Shown here piece after piece: positions 54,181 to 62,338 of a stretch of DNA of 64,000 nucleotides. The notes beneath the pieces are model-generated. The model ran no database searches. It saw only the letters and a program-made list of their open reading frames with translations, and was not told the DNA's origin. Source of the stretch: Candidatus Saccharimonadales bacterium (GTDB taxonomy: Bacteria; Patescibacteriota; Saccharimonadia; Saccharimonadales; Saccharimonadaceae). Where the stretch lies: positions 56,131-120,130 of the forward strand of contig JBQEKC010000002.1 of NCBI GenBank assembly GCA_052103595.1, read 5' to 3'. The stretch's first letter is position 1. Every line of letters begins with the position of its first letter. Position numbers and translations under genes: made by a program.

Positions 54181-55830
54181 TTACATCATTCCCATTCCAG
54201 GCATGCCACCGCCCATCGCTGGTGCGTCGTTTGCCTCAGTTGGAATGTCCACCACAAGTGCACCCATCGTTGCCGCAGTTGAAGCGATTGAAACAGAGTT
54301 TTGCACTGCTTCTTTGGTTACGCGTGCTGGGTCAATCACGCCAGCTTTTTTCACGTCAACCAAGCCCTTTTCTGGCTCCATCACGTTCACGCCTTGGCCA
54401 GCCTTCGCGGCCTCTACTTGCGCCAGCAACGCCTCGCTATTGAGCCCCGCGTTCTTCATAATTTGCACAAATGGCTGCTTCAGCGCATTCTTCAAAATCA
54501 GCTTCCCGGCACTAATAGAATCTGCACCGTCGGCCGTAATTTTGCCCGAAAGGTTCACCAATGTAACGCCACCGCCGGCCACAATACCCTCTGCAAGCGC
54601 TGCTTTAGTAGAAGCCACAGCATCATCCACGCGGTATTTTTTCTCATCGATTTCGGTTTCAGAAGCACCACCCACTTTAATGACAGCCACCTTGCCACTG
54701 AGTGCTGCGGCGCGTTTTTCGTACTGCTCTTTGTCGTAGCTGCTTGGGGCATTTTTGGCCTGCGCAACAATTTGCGCAATGCGTGCTTCGACTGCTTTTT
54801 TCGTGCCCGCGCCTTCGATAATGGTGGTTTCGTCTTTACCGACAATTACCTTGCGTGCTGCGCCGATTACTTCTAGTCCAACATTGTCGAAGCTCATGCC
54901 GCGCTCTTCGCTGACCACTGTTGCGTCGGTTAATACTGCAATGTCTTCAAACACTTCTTTGCGGCGATCACCAAAGCTTGGTGCCTTGACGGCAACGCTG
55001 TTAAAGACGCCTTTTAGCTTATTGAGGACAAGCACGCTCAGCGCTTCGCCTTCAACTTCTTCGGCGATCAGCACAAGGTCTTTTTTGCCTGCTTGGGCGA
55101 GCTTTTCAAGCAACGGCGCCACATCTTGAATACTCGAAAGTTTTTTATCAGTAATAACCACGGCCGGCTTTTCAAACACCGCTTCTTGGCGGTTTGCATC
55201 AGTAATAAAGAGTGCGCTTGTAAAACCACGATCCAAGCTAAAGCCTTCCACCACCTCTGATTCCATTTCGAGGCCTTGGCCAGCTTCTACCGTTACCACG
55301 CCGTCTTTGCCGATTTTTGCAATCACGTCGGCAATCAATTCGCCAATGTCTCGACTCCCCGCTGAAATAGTCGCGACTTCGGCCACACGGGCGTTTTTGC
55401 CTTCAATTCCTTCCGCGAGCTTATCAAGCTCAGCCACCACTTGGCGGCCAGCTTCTTCGATTCCCTTGCGTAGTTCTTGTGGGTTATGCCCGGCAGCAAT
55501 CAAGCGATTGGCTTCTTTCAAGATATTGTAGGTGAGTACTGTTACGGTAGTGGTGCCGTCGCCAGCAACTTTGTTGAGCTTGGTAGCCGCTTGTTTGATA
55601 AGTTCTGCGCCCACTTTGTAGCCAAGCGTTTCGTCGTCGTTTTCTGGCAGTTCAATACTTTCCGCTACGGTAACACCATCGTGAGTGACAGTTGGGCCGC
55701 CAAAGCTTTTGGCAATAACAACGTTGCCGCCTTTTGGCCCGTAGGTAACGCGCACTGCGTCGTAGAGCGCTTTTGCGCCACCAAGCATTCGCTCGCGCGC
55801 ATCATCATTATAAAATACTTTTTTCGCCAT
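54181..55830 (-). CDS. groEL: chaperonin GroEL
   Basis: AKKVFYNDDARERML, GDGTTTVTVL, and a C-terminal GGMPGMGMM tail. Confidence 0.97.
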   Translation of the reverse strand: MAKKVFYNDDARERMLGGAKALYDAVRVTYGPKGGNVVIAKSFGGPTVTHDGVTVAESIELPENDDETLGYKVGAELIKQAATKLNKVAGDGTTTVTVLTYNILKEANRLIAAGHNPQELRKGIEEAGRQVVAELDKLAEGIEGKNARVAEVATISAGSRDIGELIADVIAKIGKDGVVTVEAGQGLEMESEVVEGFSLDRGFTSALFITDANRQEAVFEKPAVVITDKKLSSIQDVAPLLEKLAQAGKKDLVLIAEEVEGEALSVLVLNKLKGVFNSVAVKAPSFGDRRKEVFEDIAVLTDATVVSEERGMSFDNVGLEVIGAARKVIVGKDETTIIEGAGTKKAVEARIAQIVAQAKNAPSSYDKEQYEKRAAALSGKVAVIKVGGASETEIDEKKYRVDDAVASTKAALAEGIVAGGGVTLVNLSGKITADGADSISAGKLILKNALKQPFVQIMKNAGLNSEALLAQVEAAKAGQGVNVMEPEKGLVDVKKAGVIDPARVTKEAVQNSVSIASTAATMGALVVDIPTEANDAPAMGGGMPGMGMM

Positions 55831-55850
55831 GATTTCCTCCTCGATTACGA

Positions 55851-56114
55851 CTACACCGTCGCTAAAATATCCTCTTCCTTTACAATCAAATATTCCACAT
55901 CGTTAATTTTAAGTTCCGTGGTTGAATATTCTTTATATACGATTTTGTCGCCCTTTTTCACCTGCGTCGCACCTGGGCCAACCGCCACTACTTCGGCCGT
56001 CACTGGCTTTTCTTTTGAACTATCTGGTAAATATAGACCGCTCGCTGTTTTTTCTTGTGCTTTTTCACGCACTGCAACGACACGATCCCCTAGTGGATTG
56101 ATCACTGAACTCAT
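55851..56114 (-). CDS. groES: co-chaperonin GroES
   Basis: MSSVINPLGDRVVAV...TASGLYLPDSSKEKP...AEVVAVGPG. SD GGAGG upstream; the ORF-track N-terminal extension is rejected. Confidence 0.95.
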   Translation of the reverse strand: MSSVINPLGDRVVAVREKAQEKTASGLYLPDSSKEKPVTAEVVAVGPGATQVKKGDKIVYKEYSTTELKINDVEYLIVKEEDILATV

Positions 56115-56145
56115 GTTTCCTCCGTTCGTTACTGTTTGTGTTTTT

Positions 56146-56174
56146 ATTATAATCAAACTAATTAGCACTTGCAA
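56146..56174 (-). promoter_or_regulatory. groES-groEL promoter TTGCAA-17-TATAAT
   Basis: The -35 (56169-56174) lies inside the CIRCE spacer and the -10 is at 56146-56151, leaving a leader of about 25 nt to the SD. Confidence 0.6.
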
Positions 56175-56188
56175 GCATGGAGTGCCAA
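56162..56188. promoter_or_regulatory. CIRCE operator (HrcA-binding inverted repeat)
   Basis: TTAGCACTT-gcaagcatg-GAGTGCCAA versus consensus TTAGCACTC-N9-GAGTGCTAA (8/9 plus 8/9), 48-74 nt upstream of groES. Confidence 0.8.
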
Positions 56189-56276
56189 TAAGCGCTCTCT
56201 TCTATTGACTTTTATACATAATCATGTTAGCATAAAAATATACATATCCTACAAAAAACAAAAAAGAAACAACATC

Positions 56277-57146
56277 ATGGAAAAAAATAATCTCGAATCC
56301 ACACTAAAAGTCACACGGCTTGTTGAAGGAGTACACGATAAACTACGGCGAACAGCTCAACGGCAACTTGGTGCCGAGGCGTTAAAAGGCGCGACTGCTG
56401 AAGAAGTAAATCAGCACATTGCCGAGACTGCTCAAACTGTCAGTAATACATTTATTCAAAACAACCGAGAGCAACATATAGATTTTCCTGTTCTGCAATT
56501 AACAGGGGTTGTGTCAGACACGATTCGTGAGCTTCCAGCGCTTGAAAAAGGTTCGAAAGACGCCAAAGATCAAATGATCGAATTTAACACCGCGCTCAAA
56601 ACTATCATTCGCAATCAAACCGGCATTCCTCCCGAGCAGTTGATTTACATGGTGCGCGGCGTTGCTAAGAGTCTCGGGCACAATCACCGTGAAATAGCAG
56701 CCTTGAGTGCCCGCACACATGAGACGGTTCGTGGTATGAAGCACGAACTTGCCGCTGAATCAGTATTCATGAATTTGCCAGAAGAATACAACTATCGTGA
56801 AGGGACTGCCAAAGAAGATCGCAAAGGTATTGACTACGTCGTAACAGCACCGAACGGTATAGACGTGCTAATCGACGTGAAAGCTTCGGAACGAGCCGCT
56901 CGCGATGCCTGGGATAAGCAAGACGACTACTACGCACGTCGTGGTCAAAAAGTACCACAGAACCATCTGATTATGGCATCGGGGTATCGTGAAGATGATT
57001 TCCTGCCAAAATCATGGAACGTCAATTACGAGGCCACCAAAGAATTAACTCCAGGGTGGAAACAGGTTATCGATCATGCCGCTGGCTATGTTGACCTTGA
57101 TGAAGTGTACGCCCCACAGAGCGCTCACGACAGAGAACTTGTATAA
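56277..57146 (+). CDS. hypothetical protein with C-terminal PD-(D/E)xK nuclease-like motif
   Basis: 289 aa. ...MKHELAAE...GIDYVVTAPNGIDVLIDVKASE... fits an E / D / (D/E)xK arrangement. Helical N-terminal roughly 160 aa. A-rich leader without SD after TTGACT-17-TGtTAGCAT. Confidence 0.5.
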   Translation: MEKNNLESTLKVTRLVEGVHDKLRRTAQRQLGAEALKGATAEEVNQHIAETAQTVSNTFIQNNREQHIDFPVLQLTGVVSDTIRELPALEKGSKDAKDQMIEFNTALKTIIRNQTGIPPEQLIYMVRGVAKSLGHNHREIAALSARTHETVRGMKHELAAESVFMNLPEEYNYREGTAKEDRKGIDYVVTAPNGIDVLIDVKASERAARDAWDKQDDYYARRGQKVPQNHLIMASGYREDDFLPKSWNVNYEATKELTPGWKQVIDHAAGYVDLDEVYAPQSAHDRELV

Positions 57147-57209
57147 ATATATAGAATGTGCTATTATATCTTTGTTTAGGTGGTCATCACTTTTGAAAGG
57201 GGTGTCCAG

Positions 57210-57506
57210 ATGAATGAACTGTACGATTATAGCGATCATCCGCCGCGCGAGCACGTCATTGTACTTCCAAAAGAAGGAAAACAGGCGCTCCTTAAAGAGC
57301 TTCTTGTGGCGGTTGCCAGCGACGACCCTGTTGCTATCATCTACATCGAACAAGACACACACTTGCGTAAATCGCTTCGTTTTTTCGCAAAACACAGTGC
57401 CCAGATTGACGATTATGTCGATATCGACGGCTACGTTGAGAATAGCGATCACATCGCCACCATCCGTACCGAAGCTAACGGCCTCGTCCTCATCACCGAC
57501 CACTAA
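57210..57506 (+). CDS. hypothetical small acidic protein
   Basis: 98 aa from MNELYDY, SD GAAAGGGG upstream, and its own TGcTATTAT box at 57159-57167. No family recognised. Confidence 0.5.
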   Translation: MNELYDYSDHPPREHVIVLPKEGKQALLKELLVAVASDDPVAIIYIEQDTHLRKSLRFFAKHSAQIDDYVDIDGYVENSDHIATIRTEANGLVLITDH

Positions 57507-57510
57507 ACAC

Positions 57511-57541
57511 CCGGCATGACCTTCTGGTCTGCCGGTTTTTT
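57511..57541 (+). terminator. Rho-independent terminator
   Basis: Stem ccggca(t)gacc/ggtctgccgg with loop ttct, followed by TTTTTT. Confidence 0.7.
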
Positions 57542-57574
57542 CTTTTCTAGGCGGCAATAGTGTAAGCTAGAAGC

Positions 57575-58174
57575 ATGGACACAATAGCGCAAAAACAGCA
57601 GTTTTATCAATCACTTCATCACACACTTGAAGCCTACCTTCAGCAATTCCCTGACGAAAAAGATCGTCTTCGCGAGCTCACTACGCATGCAAACAACCCT
57701 GATATTGACCTTCGTCTTCGCAGTACCATTCCGCAAGGACACCTTTGCGCCAGCGGCATTTTAGTTTTGCCAAATAAAAAGATTTTGATGTTAAAGCATA
57801 AAGCGCTCGGTATTTGGGTAGTGCCTGGCGGCCACTATGACCTTACCGATCAAACGTTGGCCGATACTGCCATTCGCGAAACGACTGAAGAAACGTCTCT
57901 ACGGGGAGTCCGCCTCCACCCCTGGCACGAAGCCTCTGGCATTCCACTTGATATCGACACGCACCCTATTCCAGAACGAAAAGAAAAAAACGAAGGCCCG
58001 CACCAACATTTTGATTTTCGCTACCTGCTAACGCTCGACAACCCCGACGAGTTGCTGTCGCAACTTACCCTCGATACGAATGAAGTGCTTGATTTTAAGC
58101 TTTTTTCACCAGAAGAAATCGACCCAAATAGCAGTATTGCGCCAGCCTTACGCAAACTAACTATAGCCCTATAG
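57575..58174 (+). CDS. Nudix-fold hydrolase with divergent Nudix box
   Basis: PGGHYDLTDQTLADTAIRETTEETSL approximates GX5EX7REUXEEXGU, but with Asp for the first Glu, one extra residue, and Ser for Gly. Confidence 0.75.
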   Translation: MDTIAQKQQFYQSLHHTLEAYLQQFPDEKDRLRELTTHANNPDIDLRLRSTIPQGHLCASGILVLPNKKILMLKHKALGIWVVPGGHYDLTDQTLADTAIRETTEETSLRGVRLHPWHEASGIPLDIDTHPIPERKEKNEGPHQHFDFRYLLTLDNPDELLSQLTLDTNEVLDFKLFSPEEIDPNSSIAPALRKLTIAL

Positions 58175-59476
58175 CGCTTTCGCCTCTTCGTAATATTGAG
58201 CAAAATGCTCTTTCAAGAACTTTGGAAAGAGCGCATTAGCCGGACAAACTACTTTATAGATAGAATGTAATTCAGCAGTACCTTGCGTTGCATCATAATT
58301 TTTAAACTGTCCAATATTTGCGTTAAACAGTTTGAAGTCCTTGGATGCTTTGTCGATACCATCGTTAATCATCTCACTATTCAGCTCTTCAATATTTGCG
58401 CCTGTTTCAATCAGATTTGCCGCTACGCCAGGTAGCACATTATTCGCCATAGCGCGCAAAAGTTTAGGATTTGGCGCCAACTCAACTTCTCCCCCTTCCT
58501 TGTAAAGTGGGACAAATATCTCGCTAAAATTCCTCAAATCGCCACCCGCTCTCTCTGGGTGTGCTTCAAGGTATTTTTCTGAAAAAGCGACGAGTGACTC
58601 TTGCGTACGAATCATCGCTGCCTGAATAGCCGGATCTTCCACGATATCACCCGCCAAAGATAACTCTTGTTCACTATACGGGCGACTTTGTATATCATAC
58701 ACTCGAACGAGCCCTTCAATATCTTCCTGTTGAAGCTCGATTGCGACGTCATTTTGATCATCGGTCAAAAAATCTGGATAAAAGCTCTTTTTTGCCATAT
58801 GAGGCTTCACAGCCTCGTCACCACGTTTGTCGCTCATATAATGTTCGTCTATATATTGTATATGTGCTGGAACCTCAGTATTGATAAACTCAGCAAAAGC
58901 ATACCTCGCCGCCTCTGAGGGTGAAATAGCTTCTTTTACAGCTGTCGCTCTCGCTTTACTATCAATAGACGCGAGACCCTTGCTTAACAGTTCAGTTACA
59001 ATCGTGGTGGCATGCGCAGGGTTTAGGCCAAGCTCTTGATGATACGCGTCAATAGCATCCAAAACACTTCGCGGTATCGATTCAGGCGTATACTCTTGTT
59101 CGATTCTATTCTTAATCTCTTCGTAGCTTCTTTCAGGGCTAATCGCAAAGTAATCCTCTAATTCAAAGCCAGGCTTTGCGCCATATTCTGGGGTGACATA
59201 CTGCGCCCTCTCCCAATAACGATCTTTCATTTCGATCAGTGCACTATTATCATGAGCTTGCTCTGTGTCGCCTGTAAAAACCGGAGAAATATCCTTACGA
59301 ATCGCAGCAGTTGCAAGCTTCACCTCTTTTGGATCAGGCGAGTGCCTCCCCTCTTCCGAGGCGTGGCGCGCCGTCCTCTTGTCCCCTAGCTCCTTGAAAT
59401 ACTCAGAATTTGGCTCACGAACTGCTTGTTCGCTAGGGCATGTCTTAGTGTGCTCGAAGTGTTTCACTTTTGTCAT
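58169..59476 (-). CDS. hypothetical protein (435 aa, orphan)
   Basis: Long clean ORF, soluble, helical and acidic, with no recognisable motif. Its stop overlaps the Nudix stop (CTATAG). Confidence 0.6.
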   Translation of the reverse strand: MTKVKHFEHTKTCPSEQAVREPNSEYFKELGDKRTARHASEEGRHSPDPKEVKLATAAIRKDISPVFTGDTEQAHDNSALIEMKDRYWERAQYVTPEYGAKPGFELEDYFAISPERSYEEIKNRIEQEYTPESIPRSVLDAIDAYHQELGLNPAHATTIVTELLSKGLASIDSKARATAVKEAISPSEAARYAFAEFINTEVPAHIQYIDEHYMSDKRGDEAVKPHMAKKSFYPDFLTDDQNDVAIELQQEDIEGLVRVYDIQSRPYSEQELSLAGDIVEDPAIQAAMIRTQESLVAFSEKYLEAHPERAGGDLRNFSEIFVPLYKEGGEVELAPNPKLLRAMANNVLPGVAANLIETGANIEELNSEMINDGIDKASKDFKLFNANIGQFKNYDATQGTAELHSIYKVVCPANALFPKFLKEHFAQYYEEAKAL

Positions 59477-59548
59477 TCTTGGTTTTTATTTTATTCAGGT
59501 TTTTATAATATTAATATAACATGTGATTTGCATTTTGTCAATATAGAA

Positions 59549-59581
59549 AATATCCGACAAGAGTCTTTCTTGTCGGATATT
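59549..59581 (-). terminator. Rho-independent terminator
   Basis: 14-bp perfect stem aatatccgacaaga/tcttgtcggatatt with 5-nt loop. T-rich on the minus-strand reading. Confidence 0.65.
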
Positions 59582-59603
59582 CGGTAAGTCTTGTTTGCAC
59601 AGC

Positions 59604-59858
59604 TTATGAGTTCATCGAGTCAAAAAAAGCTTGACGCTTCTTCTCTGTGTCATCTTTCGCTTTGCGCAAAGCATCGTTTGCTCTTTCTGCACGTTGCTCA
59701 AGTTCACTTTCCGTCTCCTTAGCTTCAAGCCAGGCGCGCTGACGAGCTACTGAAGCGGATTCTCGACCATCTCGGTGCGTTGCTGACATCTTAGACATCA
59801 ACCCTTTCATAATAGATTTGAGTACCGAATACACATGAGTGCTTTCTAATTCTCTCAC
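59604..59858 (-). CDS. hypothetical small coiled-coil protein
   Basis: 84 codons from GTG; an ATG alternative (MKGLMSKM) is at 59810. Charged helical sequence followed by a strong terminator. Confidence 0.4.
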   Translation of the reverse strand: MRELESTHVYSVLKSIMKGLMSKMSATHRDGRESASVARQRAWLEAKETESELEQRAERANDALRKAKDDTEKKRQAFFDSMNS

Positions 59859-59976
59859 AAAACGACGCTTTTGTCAATACAAAGAACATTGACCGTGTAC
59901 ATTATTTATAATATTGTTGTATTGTTATCTTTCCCCGAGATCGCTGCTATACCGGCAGACGAAGGAAGAGTACCTC

Positions 59977-60249
59977 ATGAAGCACACGTATTGTTTGGTC
60001 GGCGATTTCGTATCGTGGCCAACATTCAAGGAGTATCATGCAACACAGCAGCAAAGAGGCGGCGTCGTTTCCCTGGTGGCACGACGAAAAGGTGCCCCAA
60101 AAGACGCGCTCTACCAGTTTAACTTCTGGCCTCACCAGACTGTCCATCCCGCTACTCGCGTCGTTAGCTTGCAGGTTGTGGGGTCGCTACAGATGGTAGA
60201 AATTCATCATCCGCACAGAGGAACACCCTTCTTCAGATTCGAGGAGTGA
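59977..60249 (+). CDS. hypothetical small protein
   Basis: 90 aa from MKHTYCLVGDF, with GAAGGAAGAG upstream, followed by a terminator. No family recognised. Confidence 0.4.
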   Translation: MKHTYCLVGDFVSWPTFKEYHATQQQRGGVVSLVARRKGAPKDALYQFNFWPHQTVHPATRVVSLQVVGSLQMVEIHHPHRGTPFFRFEE

Positions 60250-60259
60250 TAAAACAAAC

Positions 60260-60290
60260 GCCCAGGCATCTTGCCTGGGCTTCTTCTTTT
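60260..60290. terminator. Rho-independent terminator (usable in both directions)
   Basis: Stem gcccaggca/tgcctgggc with 3-nt loop, T-rich tail downstream and A-rich tract upstream. Sits between convergent genes. Confidence 0.6.
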
Positions 60291-60291
60291 T

Positions 60292-61587
60292 CTACGACTG
60301 TTGAGTAAGTTCTCGCACTACGTCGCTATCGTTCCACGGTAGCTTCTCACCCTTCACAATGCGAAATTGTTCGTGCCCCATACCTGTGATCAGGATAATA
60401 TCCCCTTTTACTGCCACATCGAGTGCTTTTTTGATAGCTTCTTTTCGATCGGGCACTTCGGTAGTTTTTGCGCTACCACCAGCTTTTTCAATCCCTTCGT
60501 AGATATGGCGACGAATCGCGTTTGGATCTTCGTTGTAACTTTCTTCATCGGTCAGAACGATACGATCTGCCAAGCGAGCAGCAATTTCACCCATAATTGG
60601 GCGCTTAATCGCATCGCGATCACCACAAGCGCCAAAGACCAAAATAACACGGTTTTTTGAAAGTTCTTTTGCCGTTGTGAGCAGCTTTTCAAGCGCATCA
60701 GGCGTGTGAGCGTAATCTACCACGACGTCATAAGCAAGCCCTTCGGCGACACGCTCAAAGCGACCAGGAATCGCCTCTACATCAGCGGCGCCGGCAATAA
60801 TATCTTGTGTGTTAACGCCAAGCAAGTAGCAAACACTCGCAGCCGCGGTCATGTTGGCGATGTTAAATTCACCTGGAAGGTGTGTTGCCATCTCGAGTTC
60901 CGTTTGGTGATCAAACACAACCGTGGCTTCGCTCCCCTTCTTGAACAGCTTAGTTTTTGTAATTTTTGCCTCGGCTTCGTCGTGTGTACCATAGGTCATT
61001 TTTTGTTCGCTGGCAGTGAATTTGTCGAAGTACTCAAACCACTCATCGTCTCGGTTAAGTACAATGTAGCGTGGTTCCTGTGAAAACAACTTACCCTTCG
61101 CAGCAGCGTAATTTTCCATTGTCTTGTGGTAATCGAGGTGATCTTGTGTAAGGTTTGTCATCACCGCAGCTTCAATTGGTACACCATCAAGCTTATGTTG
61201 ATGAAGCGCGTGGCTGGTAATTTCTAGCACCACAAAATCAACCTTAGCCTTGCGAGCATCAGCAAAGAATTGCTGCATACGAGCAGTCGTTGCCACGGTA
61301 GCATTAAGGTCGTTCAGTTTTGTTTCGCCAACCACTTCAATCAACGCGGTTGTGAACATAGCAGTTTTGTGGCCAGCCTGCTTTAAGATTTGGTTAATAT
61401 AGCAACAGGTAGTAGTTTTGCCGTTTGTTCCTGTAACGGCGATGACACGAAGGCCTTTTGCCGGATTACCATATCGTGCTGACACCGCTTTCACGCGAGT
61501 TTTTCGATATGATTCCTCGATTGAACGAACCGCTCCAGACGGAAGCGTTTCTCTTACCCCTTTTGCCAACTTTTGCTTTATACCCAT
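60292..61587 (-). CDS. Mur ligase family protein, MurE-like with shortened N-terminal domain
   Basis: VIAVTGTNGKTTT, EITSHAL, MTNLTQDHLDYH, VFGACGDRDAIKRPIMG and LTDEESYNEDP. The P-loop is at about residue 53, versus roughly 110 in canonical MurE. Confidence 0.85.
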   Translation of the reverse strand: MGIKQKLAKGVRETLPSGAVRSIEESYRKTRVKAVSARYGNPAKGLRVIAVTGTNGKTTTCCYINQILKQAGHKTAMFTTALIEVVGETKLNDLNATVATTARMQQFFADARKAKVDFVVLEITSHALHQHKLDGVPIEAAVMTNLTQDHLDYHKTMENYAAAKGKLFSQEPRYIVLNRDDEWFEYFDKFTASEQKMTYGTHDEAEAKITKTKLFKKGSEATVVFDHQTELEMATHLPGEFNIANMTAAASVCYLLGVNTQDIIAGAADVEAIPGRFERVAEGLAYDVVVDYAHTPDALEKLLTTAKELSKNRVILVFGACGDRDAIKRPIMGEIAARLADRIVLTDEESYNEDPNAIRRHIYEGIEKAGGSAKTTEVPDRKEAIKKALDVAVKGDIILITGMGHEQFRIVKGEKLPWNDSDVVRELTQQS

Positions 61588-61788
61588 AGTAGTTCTATAG
61601 TACCACTAAACCGCTTCGTTGAGTACCATGCCAGTCTCAAAACCGACGAAGTTGCATGCAAGGTAGTATTGACTTAAGAATGATTATATAGTAAGATATG
61701 TCTATTCTGTGTCATCAATGATGCTCTATCGAACTGTGACCAGATACACCTTCTTTCACCGTTTGACCTACCGCAAGGAGTTAATGGT

Positions 61789-62202
61789 ATGTCCGAAAAT
61801 GCAGCTTTTCCAGCAGCCCTCTTGATGTGTGCAGCCGCCTTCGTCATGGTTATAGGAGGCTTGGATGCCGAACCAGTCGATCTGACGCCTGACAAAAGCT
61901 TCGCCGCCAACCCAGACGGATGCCCGAAGGACTACGACACGACTCCGGTCTACTCGAGCGATTCTGCCGACGTCGGCCAAAGTTGGGTCTCCGTTGAGAC
62001 CGACCGTCCCAATGACAAAGATAATGGCAGCATCACGTTGAACACCTCTGATGCCCCGAGCGAAATTAAGGAAGTCATGGTCTACAACGTGGCGAACGAA
62101 ATGCTGTTCGATACCTCTGTCGAAGCCGGCGATTCGTATCGACTCTACATGAAGGACTGGCTCGAAATCAGAGATATTTACCTCTGCACCAAGCCTGCCT
62201 AG
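61789..62202 (+). CDS. hypothetical small secreted or membrane-anchored protein
   Basis: AAGGAG 8 nt upstream. N-terminal hydrophobic segment AAFPAALLMCAAAFVMVIGG followed by a beta-rich acidic domain. Confidence 0.5.
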   Translation: MSENAAFPAALLMCAAAFVMVIGGLDAEPVDLTPDKSFAANPDGCPKDYDTTPVYSSDSADVGQSWVSVETDRPNDKDNGSITLNTSDAPSEIKEVMVYNVANEMLFDTSVEAGDSYRLYMKDWLEIRDIYLCTKPA

Positions 62203-62266
62203 CAACCCGGGAAGGAGGGTGTGGGGAGAAAGTTTTTATGCTTTCCCCCACTATCCCAGCTCACTC

Positions 62267-62296
62267 ACTCTCACCAATGCGTGAGAGTTTTCATTT
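62267..62296 (+). terminator. Rho-independent terminator
   Basis: Stem actctcac/gtgagagt followed by TTTTCATTT. Confidence 0.55.
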
Positions 62297-62319
62297 GGCA
62301 CGACGCAGTACCGTTAAAG

Positions 62320-62328
62320 TGGTATAAT
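62320..62328 (+). promoter_or_regulatory. extended -10 box close to tsaD start
   Basis: TGgTATAAT aaaactactc ATG (N=10), with no SD. Confidence 0.5.
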
Positions 62329-62338
62329 AAAACTACTC

